Assembly: GCA_051294375.1 (NCBI GenBank)
Contig: CM119266.1
Coordinates: 25,654,161 to 25,718,160 of the forward strand
DNA from: Paraspadella gotoi
Lineage: Eukaryota > Animalia > Chaetognatha
Direction: 5' to 3'
Length of the DNA: 64,000 nucleotides
The notes beneath the pieces are model-generated. The model saw only the letters and a program-made list of their open reading frames with translations, was not told where the DNA came from and ran no database searches. How positions within the stretch are numbered: position 1 is the stretch's first letter; each line of letters starts with the position of its first letter. The position numbers were made by a program, and so were the translations under genes. This document shows positions 20,796 through 34,702 of this stretch, piece after piece.

Positions 20796-23790
20796 ATCCA
20801 TCGATTCATTCATCATCATCATCATTTTCATCATCTATCATCGATTTTTCGACTTGACGGACCATTTTGATCTTGACAGGTAAAGCGAACAACTTTTTTT
20901 TTCAGCGTCTAGGAACGACGAGCCGACTACTGACGACGACGACGCTATACGACGAAGACGAACGACGACTTTTAACGACGCGCACGATCGCGAAAAACGA
21001 GCAACTTAAGTCATTTTAACAATGGAAAGTTTTCTTTTTTTTATGTTGTGCAATCAATTTGAATGTTTGGTTGAAGTCACGCTTTCCTTTCACGCTGAAT
21101 TAAGGTCGATACGACTTAAACACAAAAACATCATACGATATACTACCTAGTTTATTCGTCTTATGAAGCAAGATATGTTTTTTTATTAGTGTCCAGTTGT
21201 AATGGGATGTGACCAAATACATTTAATACATTGAAATCAGAGAGATAACACAGGCTCGGGTTTCTAACTCGGAGATTAAAATCTGGCACGGGTGCGTGCA
21301 TTAAAAAACCAAGACTGATATTTATAGGCCGACTTTTATTGTGCGCTTGTCATTCCAGCGCTTTTGCCGTATTTTTACTTGAAATGTCTTTTTTTTTTAG
21401 GACTCAACGTGAAGATCTCATTCTCTGCTTCATTTGAGCGAAGAGGCGTCAACGATTATCTACCCGGGAGCTGATAGAAAATTCTTTTACAGTCATACCA
21501 GGCGAGAGCGATCAGACTTAAACCTTTTTGTTAAAAGAGCACATCTCCTGTCACTCTCTCTAGCACTTCCTCATCACCTTCTCTCATCGCTCTCTCTCAT
21601 CATTTCTCTCATTACTTCTCTCTCATCCGTGCTCACGAGGCGAACACTATTCACAACACAAAGAATTGACAAACTGGACTCGGGACGCAAAAATGTCGAT
21701 CGTATAATCATACAAATCCACGATCAACTTTCAGCAGCCGACCCCAGCGCCATCCGCTTCTCCCGCCAGGAGACTCTTTCCCACAACCAACAAGTGCACC
21801 TCCACCCACTCAGTATTGGGCGCCCACACCCTCGTTTTCCAGATGCCAACCAATGACCAAACCCCGCTTAACCGTAAAATTCGTGAGGGCAGAGTCATTA
21901 GACTTCTACCGGTTGTTTTTGATTTGTTTGTTTTTTTTGTTTTTTTTTTTTTTTTTTTCTTTCTAACAGTGGCGACTTTTTCTCAACACCTGCAAACTTG
22001 ATGGAAATTCTCTCTCCCATTCTTTTCAGGGTAACCCTTTCCCATATGGCGCCCCCTCCACACTCTCTCTCCCCCACCCACAAATGACCCCCCCACAACC
22101 ACCCCCACTTTCTTTTTCTTCCTCTCGAACCCTTAAATCCCTTTTTTTTTCTTCCTCTTCCCTCTTCCCCCTTCTTTCCAGGAGAAATCGACTCCTGTCG
22201 GAAAAAAAGAAATTCGGTTCCGGATTGGAAACACCACCGGACGCCACGGATGACGCCACGCCCGCCACACGCGCGCCACCTATTTTTTCCTCGACTTCGC
22301 GCCCGCCATCTTGTTTCGACGAAAAGCTAGAGAGAGAGAGAGGATGAGGGATGAGAGAGAGAGATGGAGAAGGAGAAGAGAGGAGACGAAGATGAGAGAG
22401 AGAGGAGAGACGAACCCGGAGAAGGGAAGAGGGAAAGAGCAGTGGAATAATGATGGGAAAGTATGAGAGAGATGGACTGATGATGGCGCGAGAAGCATAA
22501 ATAGAGAGATGAAACAATTAAAGCTATAATTTAGTGTCTCTAAAAATAAAATAATAAAAAATGACTTAAAAGGAAAAGAATTCACGTATCGGAGGTTCAA
22601 TGTTAAATTTCCTGCTTATGAATTTGATAAAAATTCCGCTGCAATTTCTTAAGTTATTAAAAAAAAAAATAAAATTAATAGCTGAGTTACGTTTATACTT
22701 ATACTTTTAAAGTGCATGTTAGAGTATAATTTTTAAAGAAAGTAGGAAAGAAGAATAAGATAAGAAAAGACAAGAAAAGAATGAAAGAGAAGCAATATAA
22801 AGAAAAAAGCGAAAGAAAGGAAAGAAAGAAAGAGGATGACAAAAAGAAGAAAGAAAGATAAGCGAAGAAAGGAAAGATAAACCAAAATAACCAATGATAA
22901 CAAAATTCATAGAAAGAAAAGACAAGAAAAGAAAAGAAAAGAAAGAAAAGTTTTTTTACAACGAATTGTGAAACAGTTTATAACAATAAAAGAAACTTAG
23001 AAATTCAGCGGGATTTTTCAAATTCTCACCGAGAAAGGAGATCTCATTGTGCAGCCACTTGAACCTTTACGATTACAGTGACTCTTTCCATTTTCCCTTA
23101 NNNNNNNNNNNNNNNNNNNNNNNNNNNNNNNNNNNNNNNNNNNNNNNNNNNNNNNNNNNNNNNNNNNNNNNNNNNNNNNNNNNNNNNNNNNNNNNNNNNN
23201 NNNNNNNNNNNNNNNNNNNNNNNNNNNNNNNNNNNNNNNNNNNNNNNNNNNNNNNNNNNNNNNNNNNNNNNNNNNNNNNNNNNNNNNNNNNNNNNNNNNN
23301 NNNNNNNNNNNNNNNNNNNNNNNNNNNNNNNNNNNNNNNNNNNNNNNNNNNNNNNNNNNNNNNNNNNNNNNNNNNNNNNNNNNNNNNNNNNNNNNNNNNN
23401 NNNNNNNNNNNNNNNNNNNNNNNNNNNNNNNNNNNNNNNNNNNNNNNNNNNNNNNNNNNNNNNNNNNNNNNNNNNNNNNNNNNNNNNNNNNNNNNNNNNN
23501 NNNNNNNNNNNNNNNNNNNNNNNNNNNNNNNNNNNNNNNNNNNNNNNNAAACAAAAAAAAACAAACAAAACAAAAAACACGGTAGAGATCATGCTCTGCC
23601 TCGAATTAGTAGGTGTGGTATTGGTTCGCTCTGGAAACAGTGTGGACCCCAAACTGTGGGGTGAGGGTATTGTTGGTTGTGGGAAGAGTCTCTGCGGGAG
23701 AAGCGGATGGCGCTGGAGTCGGTGCTAAGTTGATCGTGGATTTGTAGATATCACCAGTTTGTCAATTTGTGATGTGTTCCTCGTGAGACG

Positions 23791-23874
23791 GATGAGAGAA
23801 GTGATGAGAGAAGTGATGAGAGAAGTGATGAGAGAAGTGCTGAGAGAAGTGATGAGAGAAGTGATGAGAGATGT
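23791..23874. repeat. 12-bp minisatellite (GATGAGAGAAGT) x~7
   Basis: Direct reading; noisy reverse-complement counterpart at ~21545-21630. Confidence 0.9.
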
Positions 23875-24455
23875 GCTCTTTACAAAGGGTTTAAGTCTGC
23901 GTTCGCCTGGTTGACTGGTAAGGATTTTCTATCAGCTCCCGTAGATCGTTGACGCCTCTCGCTCAAATGAACAGAGAATGAGATCTTCACGTTGAGTCTA
24001 AAAAAACATTTCAAGTAAAATAGGCAAAAGCGCTGGATGACAAGCGCACAATAAAAGCGCCTATAAAATCAGTCTTGGTTTTTTAATGCAGTCACCCACA
24101 TTTTAATTCCGAGTTAGAACTTTGTTTTCTATTTCAATGTTTAAATTTGCACTCATACACTAATAAAAAATATCTTGCTCATAATGACGAATAACTCTAG
24201 TAGTATTCGTTGATGTTTTTTGTTTAGTCGTCGACCTTAATGCGTGAAAAGGAAAGCGCGACTTCAACCAAATTCAAATTGATTCACACATAAAAAAAAA
24301 AGAAACTTTCCATTTTAAAAATGACTTCAAGTTGCTTCGATCGTCGTCGTTAAAGTCGTCGTCGTCTTCGTCGGTATAGTCGTCGTCGTCGTCGTAGCTG
24401 AAAAAAAAAGTTGTTCGCTTCCCTTCAGATCAAATGGTCCGTCAAGTCGAAAATC

Positions 24456-24456
<1 letters not shown>

Positions 24457-24525
<69 letters not shown>
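24457..24525. repeat. (GAT)n microsatellite; empty target site of element 2
   Basis: Its left flank matches 20830-21010 and its right flank matches 14755-14820, both as reverse complements. Confidence 0.92.
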
Positions 24526-24527
<2 letters not shown>

Positions 24528-25689
24528 GAATATGATAGCACAACGTTTGACGGTGATGTCGACGACGACGACGACGACGACGACGAAAACGAAAACGAAN
24601 NNNNNNNNNNNNNNNNNNNNNNNNNNNNNNNNNNNNNNNNNNNNNNNNNNNNNNNNNNNNNNNNNNNNNNNNNNNNNNNNNNNNNNNNNNNNNNNNNNNN
24701 NNNNNNNNNNNNNNNNNNNNNNNNNNNNNNNNNNNNNNNNNNNNNNNNNNNNNNNNNNNNNNNNNNNNNNNNNNNNNNNNNNNNNNNNNNNNNNNNNNNN
24801 NNNNNNNNNNNNNNNNNNNNNNNNNNNNNNNNNNNNNNNNNTCGCCCTCATACTTACGGACTAAATTTTGATAATAAAAAATATTTTAATCGTTTCTAAT
24901 ATTTTTTTTAAAAATAACGAAGGAGATCTGCGAAGACACGACGACGACGATGACGACGAAAACAACGACGACTTTCACAACGACATCTGACAGGTTTTTC
25001 CTTCAAGCCTCTGGCGTTTTCATCTTTTCTCACGAGGCAAACGTCCAATCCTTACGTCCTTTGCAGAACCTGATGACGACGACGACCACGACGGCGGCGG
25101 CGACGAAAACAATGACAGCGGTGACCAAAGAGACGCCGACAAAGGTGACATGGACGTTGACTCATAGAATGTCGCTGTGGAACTTTTGGCATTCCGAGAT
25201 GGTGACCAAAAAACAAGGGCTACGTCTCCGACGCTTACGAACCTTTTTTCTAATGACCAAGTATTAATGACGATAACGTTGACAAAGGTGACGACGATTC
25301 AATGAACTTTTCTCAATGCGAAACGATGACTCACATTATTTGATTCTGCGATGATGACAACGAAGATGACGACGATAACGATGACGACGAGTCTCAAGAA
25401 ACGCAACCTTCTCTTACATTCCTTATTCAGTCGTCTTTTTTTTTTCTCTTGTAACCATTTATTCTCGCCAACGATTCATCGATTCATATTTCTCCTTCTT
25501 TCTCTCTCTCCTCGTGTTTCGCCAGAATCATTCGCCAACTTTCTTTTTTTCCCTCAGATCGAATTTTTTTCCCCGATTAGCTTTTTTCCCTTTCTTTCCA
25601 TGACTTTTTTTTTGTTCGTTGTGAAGAGAGAAAAGGATGTAGAAGGGTATTTCTCTAAAATAAAATTAACTTTTCGTCGAAATGTTTAT

Positions 25690-26414
25690 CTCGGTATATC
25701 TTAATTTATCTAGAATAATGTCATGAAGATTTTGCTATTGAGGGCAAATCAATTCGTGTTAAGCGTCGTAGTCGATATCTTTATTTTATTTATCTTTCGA
25801 TTCGTTTCGTTTTTCCATCAAGAATAAAATTACGAAACCAGAGTTCAATACATTGAATTAATTCCATCACCAGCGTAGTAATAGAGTAATAAACAAATAA
25901 ACAAAAAAAGTAATAAACAAATAAACAAATAAACAAAGAAAGTAATAAACAAATAAACAAATTCATTCCGTCACCAGCGGAGTAATAAAGTAATAAACAA
26001 CTTTTAAAAAAACTTTTTCTGACTACAATAAAAAACACGACGATAACAAAAAAAACAAAACAAAAAACAACAACCAATGGAACAACAACGAAAACAACCT
26101 CATCCTTCGCCGCCCGACTTTTTCTTCTCGCGAGAAAATTTATGTATTGAAGAAGCGTCGGTGGCGTCGGTTGATTCCGTCGGTCTGTCGGTCTGTCGGT
26201 CCGTCGGTCTCGCCGCGAATCCTCGCGCATCTCCGCCCCATAAATGGATCGAGAATTCGAAAATCTCCTCCCCGTGAATTTATGTACAGGAGGGAAATGG
26301 GCGGTAACTGTGTGTGTGTGTGTAGTGAGAGAGGGAGAGTAGAGGATGAGAGGAGAGACGAGGGAGAGAGACCAGAGAGAGAGAGAGAAGGAGAGAGAGA
26401 GAGAGATGAGAGAG

Positions 26415-26469
<55 letters not shown>

Positions 26470-26668
26470 AGAGGAGAGAGGAGAGAGAGACGAGAGAGAG
26501 AGGGGGGAGGGTGTTAACCGGCTGAGAACTCTTTCCGGCTTGGGAAGGGAGAGAGATGAGTAAAATAGGAAGAGGAATAAGTTTCTCGGCAAGTGAGATC
26601 GTTTGAGGGGAAAGGAAAGGTGAATTTTGTGTTTGTAAACGATACTAGAAATGGGAACTGAATAGAGA

Positions 26669-26740
<72 letters not shown>

Positions 26741-27488
26741 GAGATGAGAGAGAGAGAGAGAGGCTCAAAATTTGGGGCGACGACGTCATAATTTTGAGTT
26801 TATCGTTTCCGCGAAAAGAAATTCAGGGGGAAAAAAAACTTTTGAAAATTTTATCAACGGGGAGATTAATGTTTTCATTCGGTATATATCTTAATTTATC
26901 TAGAATATGTCATGAAGATTTTGCTATTGAGGGCAAATCAATTCGTGTTAAGCGTCGTAGTCGATATCTTTATTTTATTTATCTTTTCGATTCGTTTCGT
27001 TTTTCCATCAAGAATAAAATTACGAACCAGAGTTCAATACATTGAATTAATTCCATCACCAGCGTAGTAAATAGAGTAATACAACATAAACAAAAAAAGT
27101 AATAAACAAATAAACAAATAACAAAGAAAGTAATAAACAAATAAACAAATTCATTCCGTCACCAGCGGAGTAATAAAGTAATAAACAACTTTTAAAAAAC
27201 TTTTTCTGACTACAATAAAAACACGACGATAACAAAAAAAACAAACAAAAAACAACAACAATGGAAACACACGAAAACAACCTCACCTTCGCCGCCCGAC
27301 TTTTTCTTCTCGCGAGAAAATTTATGTATTGAAGAAGCGTCGGTGGCGTCGGTTGATTCCGTCGGTCTGTCGGTCTGTCCGTCGTCGGTCTCGCCGCGAA
27401 TCCTCGCGCATCTCCGCCCCATAATGGATCGAGAATTCGAAAATCTCCTCCCCGTGAATTTATGTACAGGAGGGAAATGGCGGTGTGT

Positions 27489-27551
<63 letters not shown>

Positions 27552-27579
27552 GAAGAGAGAGAGGAGAGAGAGAGAGAGA

Positions 27580-27621
<42 letters not shown>

Positions 27622-27795
27622 GAGAGAGAGAGAGAGGGGGGTGTTTAACCGGCTGAGAACTCTTTCCGGCTTGGGAAGGGAGAGAGATGAGTAAAATAGG
27701 AAGAGGAATAAGTTTCTCGGCCAAGTGAGATCGTTTGAGGGGAAAGGAAAGGTGAATTTTGTTTTGTAAACGATACTAGAAATGGGAACGTGGAA

Positions 27796-27880
<85 letters not shown>

Positions 27881-27980
27881 CTCAAATTTGGGGCGACGAA
27901 CGTCATAATTTTGAGTTTATCGTTTCCGCGAAAAAGAAATTCAGGGGGAAAAAAAACTTTTGAAAATTTTTTTATCAACG
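25690..27980. repeat. Tandem direct duplication of ~1.1-1.2 kb (25690-26859 and 26879-27980), probably two haplotigs
   Basis: Near-identical copies differing mainly in microsatellite length; the long-read-like copy (7870-9100) has one unit. Confidence 0.88.
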
Positions 27981-30168
27981 ACTTTTAATTTTTTTTTCTC
28001 TTTTTAAATTTCCAGTTTCCAGGTTTTAAATTTTTTAATGGAGGCGAAATATTATTTTGGATCTTGCGTCAAACGAGCCAANNNNNNNNNNNNNNNNNNN
28101 NNNNNNAAAAAAAAAAAAAAAAAAAAAAAATTCGAAGCTGAAAAGGCAAAGAAGGAATGAAAAAAAATGTATGTAAACAAAATTAATGACAAACATTTTT
28201 TGCTTGATGTCGAGCGCATGTTCGGAGTTCTTCGACGATTATTTATTTATTTTTTTTATAATTAACTTAATTTTTGAAATATTTATAATAAATGATGGTG
28301 ATAAATAACTTTTCTTTTCTTTAATAACTTTCCTTAAGATTCCCTCTTTATAAGCTCTCAATTCGACTTAAACTTTTCATTCTAAAGAAATACTATTAAA
28401 GCGTTTGTCGGCACTCGGCATTGTGCATTTAACGATAATGTGGGCGGGACCTTGTTTTGTATTGTTCTTTCGGATTTGACGCCGTGTTTTCCAACGCCGC
28501 GTTTTACCATATATAAATGGGAAAGGATCAGATTCTAAATGACCCTTATTAAATCTAAAGACTCAAAACAAAAAGTAAAAGTAAAAGAAAAAGAAAAAGA
28601 AAATAGGCCGGGCCGCCATTACATTTTTGGCCGGGAACGAATACAATTTTCGAGTCCACTGACCTCTCGACTTTTTTTTCGAAAAAGAAAAAAAAAAAAA
28701 AATCGGCAGCAGCTTTGTTTATTATGCTGCCGCGGATGGAGTTACAGTCGCTGCTGCGGCTACAGTTGCTGGAGATCTTCTCCTTCGGAGATCACGTGAC
28801 CGAGCGAAGCCTTCGACTCTTAATATTCGTTACTATTTTTAGACACGTTGGACGAGAGGGAGGGAAAAGGTGGGTGGGTGGGGGGTAAGTGATGGTGGTG
28901 ATTTAGGAAAAAGTTGGGAGTCAAAGTAAATGGCGAAAACTGTGGGGGGGGGGATTGAAAAGAGGGAAATGGAAGTTTCAGGGGATAGAAAAGTAGAATA
29001 AGACTATTTTGAAGGAAAGAAGCTGAAAAAAAACCCCATTCAAATTAAAGCTTAAGGCACTTATTAGGTAAGTATTTTTTCTTCGGAGTTTCTTGATGGA
29101 AGACTCTGAGGCTATTTGCGAATAAAAAGACGGCGATTGAAGGGTAAGTGAGCCAGATTGCGAGCGGATAGTATTATTTGAGGTAAGTTAAAAAAAGATC
29201 TAATGCTAAGAGGAAAGGGTGCGGACGAGAAGGCGCATGCCAAAAGTTGGGGAGGTTCGACTTTTTCCTTTTACTCTTCTTGCTCCTCCTCTCATATAGA
29301 GCCAAAGACCGTCGATCTTGGCGCCGCCCAGTCGATCTTGACGCAGCCAACATGCTTTTTCTGAGGTTACTTAACAAGGAAAAACTAATATTTAGTATAA
29401 AAAATAGTCACTTAATGGTTTTTTCTTTTTTTGCGCTTAATGTTGGTCCTAATTAATTAGCAAATCTGGCTACAGTGTAGTTCATGAACTGAAAAATTCT
29501 GGTTTTAAAACTTATTACCAATATCTTTGTTAAATCTTTTTATTGTTTTATTTAGTAATAATAATAAACAAAATGGCTTGCACTTAAAAAAAAAACTTAT
29601 TTGGGTGGCTTCAGTCCTTGTAAAGGATCCATTGTTAAAAATGAGTGATTTTTCTTTGCTCAGTGCCATCCTTAAGTGACTTATAAAAATGTTTCATAAC
29701 GAAATAGTCTGTTGTAATATAACGATAAGATAGCCGCAACTTTTCCGAGTGAAAGAGATGTCGAAAACCCCGCTTAGCTATACCTCCCTTCTCTTCCTCC
29801 TCCTCCTCATCCTACGTCGATTAACATTGGGAGGGACTCAAGGTGAACAGATAAGAGGAAAGAGGGGGGAGGAATTCCAGGGAAAATACAATGAAGAAAA
29901 GAGGGGAAAAAAATGGGTGAAAAAAAGTGCGAATTGTGAAAACAAGAAAAGAAAAATTGTAAAGTCGAGAGAAAAATTATCGAGTGAAAAGAATCGGGAA
30001 AAAAATCAATAAATTTACGCTTTTCTTTTAGTTTCCGTTAATTAAAATGCTAAAACTGCTTCTTCTTCGGAAATAAGACAGGGTTAGGCGTCGTTGTCAA
30101 GGATAATCGAAGAACAGCAACTAAAAAATCGAAGAGAAAATCTCTTTCTCTCTTTCTCTCTCTCTCTC

Positions 30169-30199
<31 letters not shown>

Positions 30200-30519
30200 G
30201 TCGGCAACTAAGAATGAGACTTTTCATACGTAGTTTCTTCTCTCGCCTCAGGTGCCAAGATCGAAAACCCATTTAATTTTCCGCTACCATTTTATCTGAA
30301 GATCGTTATTACGTCTCTCACGTGGGAGCGTCTCAAGTTGTCGATATATATATACCTGTTTCAAGTTTTTGCAACGAGTGAATGTCAGTAAATAGTCTTT
30401 TTAGACTTTAAATCATCAGCAAAATAGTTTTTAAATTACATATAAAGTATTTAAAGAAATCTTTTAAATCTACAGTCTCTTTCTTTTTGTAATATATGAG
30501 GATAAGGTGCTAAGTGGGC

Positions 30520-30725
30520 TGAAGATGACTATCCGTAACTTCTTTAACCCCCTAAAGTAGCCATGGAACGGGTCCTGGGCTTGGAACCAGGCTTGAGGGG
30601 CTGCCACGCCCCCAAGGCGGCTTACGGCCGTCCTCACGCTTCCCGCAGGGTAGGTACCGGGTTGGGATTGAACCCGGTACCTAGTGGTCATGAGCTGATG
30701 GCTTTACTCAATGAGCCACCGGGTC
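30520..30725 (-). mobile_element. tRNA-derived SINE-like element
   Basis: Minus strand: GACCCGG-TGGCTCATTGAG (A-box-like, 30707-30718) ... CTCATGA ... GGTTCAATCCC (B box, 30664-30674) at tRNA-like spacing, then a GC-rich body in AT-rich flanks; no complete cloverleaf. Boundaries approximate. Confidence 0.55.
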
Positions 30726-33700
30726 AGGACTGAAGGGGTCATGCTTAGAGGCGGGGTGAACCTAGGCAATGCCCGACTACATATACTACCTTTCGTAAAT
30801 TCAAGTTGATTAATTAATAAAATGAATAATAAATATTTTTAAAAAAACTTAAAATACACGTGATCATATCATGTAAAAAATAAAAATAAAAAAAAATGTA
30901 ATATTTTAAATAAAACAGAAAGACAAAAAAAGCGCGAAATTCAAACTTAGCCGCGAAGGCCAGAGGTCGCGCCTCCCCTGACGATGACGACGGACAAAGG
31001 CGGAAAAACTTTCTTTTTTTTTCGCTCTCATAAAATTTGGTTTAAGACGTTAATTTCGAAGTAAATGACGTCATAATGCGTTTTAAATCGACGGGATCGA
31101 AAAGCGGGAGGAGGAAGAGGAGGAGGAGGAAGGGGAGAGGGACTAGGAGGAGGGAGAGGTAAAAGAGAAGTAGGAGGAGTGGAAGAGTGAAAAAGGAAAA
31201 TAAGGACAGGGTAGAGAAAGAGAAGGAAGGAAAGAAGGAAGAAGAAAGATGAGAGGGGCAGAGTATTGGAATGTTAGCGACGGAGACCGAAAAAAAAGAG
31301 AAGAAAGATTAGTAAGGAGAAAAGAAACACCAAGGAAAAGGAAAAAATAAGAAAAAGGAAACAGAGGAGGAAGCTTTGCCCGGCATCGTCAGTTCAACCC
31401 AGCTCCCCGGGTCCACCTGTCCAAGTTTCCTGTGACCACGTGTTAAGCCTTTCGAAAATTCACAAGCCACATTCCTTCACCCCGATGAAGTTTGAACAAT
31501 TAAACATCCAAAATTTTCACTCCAAACTACATTTTTCGTAGAGACGCTTAATTCAAAAGGATAGTCATTCTCTGTTTATTCACTTTCCTGCCCATCAATC
31601 ACTCTGTTTTTTTTCGGTTGGAAGAGGCTGAGTTGGCTAAAAATAATTGCATTCACGGCATAATGCGAATTGGTATTCACTTGACTTCACATTTTACTGT
31701 TTGTGACCTTTTTTCCGAGTTCACAATGTACTTTGTACATTTCAAAGCTTCTAGGCTTTTAAAAATCAATGAATACTTGAGGAATCAAAACTCAAAGGCT
31801 CGAAAAATCTTTAAATCTATTTTCTTTGTCAAGACTTGGTTTCATCGATGAACTTGTTTTTTTTATACATATATATATACATATACGTATATTAATACGA
31901 AAACAGAAACAGTAACAGTGTAAAAAACTAGAGTAAAAAAGTAAAAACTTGTTTTTTTAAATTTTGAATAATACCAAAAAGAATATTAACATAATGAAAA
32001 ACAGTGACAGTGTAAAAAACTGGAAAACTTTTTTTTTTGTCTGGATACTCCTCTCGAATCTCATCGACGAAATCGAAGGGAATCCATACGTGAGTCCGTA
32101 CGTCATTTTCGAAGATTGATTAGAATTTCCATTCTTATGAAATTGATACAACCAATATAAAAATTATCCATTCATTTAATAAATAAACTATCTTGCTCCT
32201 GGCTTTAGACAGCCTTTGGTGGTTTAAGGCCTCCATCGTCGTTATATGTCGTGTGGACGGCTATATGCAAATTAATTTAAAGCGACTTAATTCAAAACAG
32301 CTTTTAAAATAAGATAAGAGCCAAAGAAGTTTTTCCTCCGAATAGAACCACTAAGATTAAACTCTGAAAACACGTGGTTTCGTTCCAACTTTCATCACCA
32401 CCGTCCAATCGTCTTTCTTTTAAATCTCCCACGATGCCCTTTCCGGCACATTTCGCGGCCCTTTTCGACCTCCGAGGCACGCTCTTATTCTCTGGCGAGC
32501 CCTTAAAAAATCCCTCGTGGCTCCGATCTCCTTCGATCCCCAGCTCTGAATCCTTTATCCCTCTCCAAAGACTCGCGTCGGAATAAGAAATTTATGTAGA
32601 TATTTTTACGTTTTCTTGCGCCATAAGTTTAAAAATGACGTTGCTTGCTTTCGCGAGTTAGGATAAATTTGTTCATGACTAATTATGAAAAATCGTAAGA
32701 AAGAATTTAATTTTTATTTTAGGAAAAAGTTTTGAAATATTTCAACTACGATTTTATTTTGAGACAGGGGACATGATTCGACTTTGATTCAAGTCTTCGT
32801 GTCCACTGTCACAAAATAAAATCGTTGTTGAAATATGTCAAAACTTTTTCCTAATCTACAACACAACGAAAGAAAGGATTTCGCATAATTTTTATTTTAT
32901 TGTTAGACATTGTTATGATTCTTTCTTTTCGTTGTGTTTATAAATTAGGAAAAACAGTTTTTAAAGGTCAACAACGATTTTTATTATTAGATATAAGTCG
33001 GACAAGTTTCAACTCTTTATTAAGAGTCTTCTTCAGCGATCTAATAAAAATCGTTGTTGACATTATTTTATTGTTATATAAACATAATTTGAACTAGATG
33101 ATCGTTTGAAACTTTAACATAAGTATTAATGAATAAAATAACAATTTCGGGAACAAGGATAATTACAAGACGGGAAACAGAGACAAAATCTCTCCGCCCC
33201 CTTCCTCCCCCCCTACCCCAACCACCTCCACCGCGACCCCGACCAAAATAGGCGAGTCTCGGCCATTAACCCACATCATCAATTTCTAACGTCTTCCTTC
33301 TTCCTTCGCGATGAGGCGATTATGACCGTGAAAAAAAGTGGGCAGGTTGGGATGTGAAAAGAAAAAAAGAAAAGAGAAAAGATCGAAACGAGATTGAAGA
33401 GAAGATGAATAAATGAGAAAAAAAAGAGGATGAAATAGTTGATAAAAGGAGAAAAAAAAAAGAGGAGAGAGGGCGAAATACATGATCGAGATGACAAAAA
33501 GATATTACAAAACTAAAGACATTAGAGCGGTTGTAACATAAATATAAAGAGAGATGGAAAGTAAAAATAAGTGATGAGGATAATGACACGTATCTGTTTA
33601 CGGAGAGGACTAAAAATAAAAAAAAATTAAAGACATCGAAAAAATTTGGATTAAATAAGTAAAATGCTGATGTACTTAATTTTTGGTTAAAAATTACTAT

Positions 33701-34610
33701 AAAAGGTGCAAAAAAAATAAGAAGAATCCCAACAGAAAAAAAAAGTTGAACTTTGGACAAAGGTTAAATATAACATAACAAGTTATTTTTAGTTTTACAA
33801 GACAGTCGGCGCGACGTCAACGTCAAAACTTGTGATTTTCAAATTTTCACCCTCAATTAATTTTACCATTTTGAGGTTTATTTCGATTCTTAAAAAATTA
33901 AATTGAAAATTTGATAGATTTCGTCGTCGTTGTCGCCAAATTCATTATCATCCACGTTTTTCATTGGATTAAATGTTTCTTTCATCAGTACTTTCATTGT
34001 CTTCACCTAGAGGTTGAATTTGCTGTTAATTCAATACTTAAAATTAACTTATTTGTTGAGATTTGTTTATCGTCGTTCTTCGTAGGAAAGTAGAGCAGAC
34101 CTTGAAAGTTGTCGTTGTTGTCGACCTCATCCTTATTCGAGGCAAACACGATCGAAATCGTCGTTGTGAAGATGTCAGTACTGAGATTTACATCGTCATC
34201 TCATTTTTCGGCGACGTCGTCCTCATCATCGTCTTCGTCGTCGACATCTCTATCGTCATCATAGCTTTATTGGGTGCGAGTATAAATAGTTAACGCCTAC
34301 TATTAATACAGTTCCCGATATCTCAGCGGAATAGCTTTTTGTTACATTCATCCAAATTTGCTATTGCAGTCAGTTTTAATGGGAAATGTTATTCAAAAGC
34401 TGCCGTGTGCTCTTCTTTCCTGCTCCTTTCTTTTCTCTGCCTCTTTTTTCTTTCTTACTCATCTTCTTCTTCCTCCTCCTCCTCCTCCTCCTCCTCCTCT
34501 CTCTCCATCGACGTCGTCAAAATCGTAACTGATTTCTTGGAGAAATAAATCTTAGTTTTTCTTTCTCTCCGTTAAAAATTCTTGTCGGTCGTTTTCTGTC
34601 TGTCTGTCTG

Positions 34611-34700
<90 letters not shown>
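34611..34700. repeat. (TTTC)n microsatellite preceded by (TGTC)n
   Basis: Direct reading; another (TTTC)n at ~54559-54646. Confidence 0.95.

Positions 34701-34702
<2 letters not shown>

Larger units (their letters stand above)
7627..21950. repeat. Error-rich copy of the locus that is present in inverted orientation at 23549-28175; carries two extra insertions
   Basis: Reverse-complement matches: 7627-7690 with 28110-28175; 7950-9120 with 25660-26830; 9130-9237 with 25553-25650; 13855-14650 with 24842-25552; 20800-21950 with 23549-24460. Differences are mostly scattered 1-nt insertions in this copy. Confidence 0.92.
23549..28175. repeat. Clean inverted copy of the 7627-21950 locus: empty allele for both LTR elements
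   Basis: Both insertion points (~24490 and ~25553) are crossed by contiguous, N-free sequence. Confidence 0.9.

Noticed and set aside
30648-30725. Functional tRNA-Met gene
   Set aside because: Anticodon and acceptor stems do not pair properly; treated as a SINE-like head.
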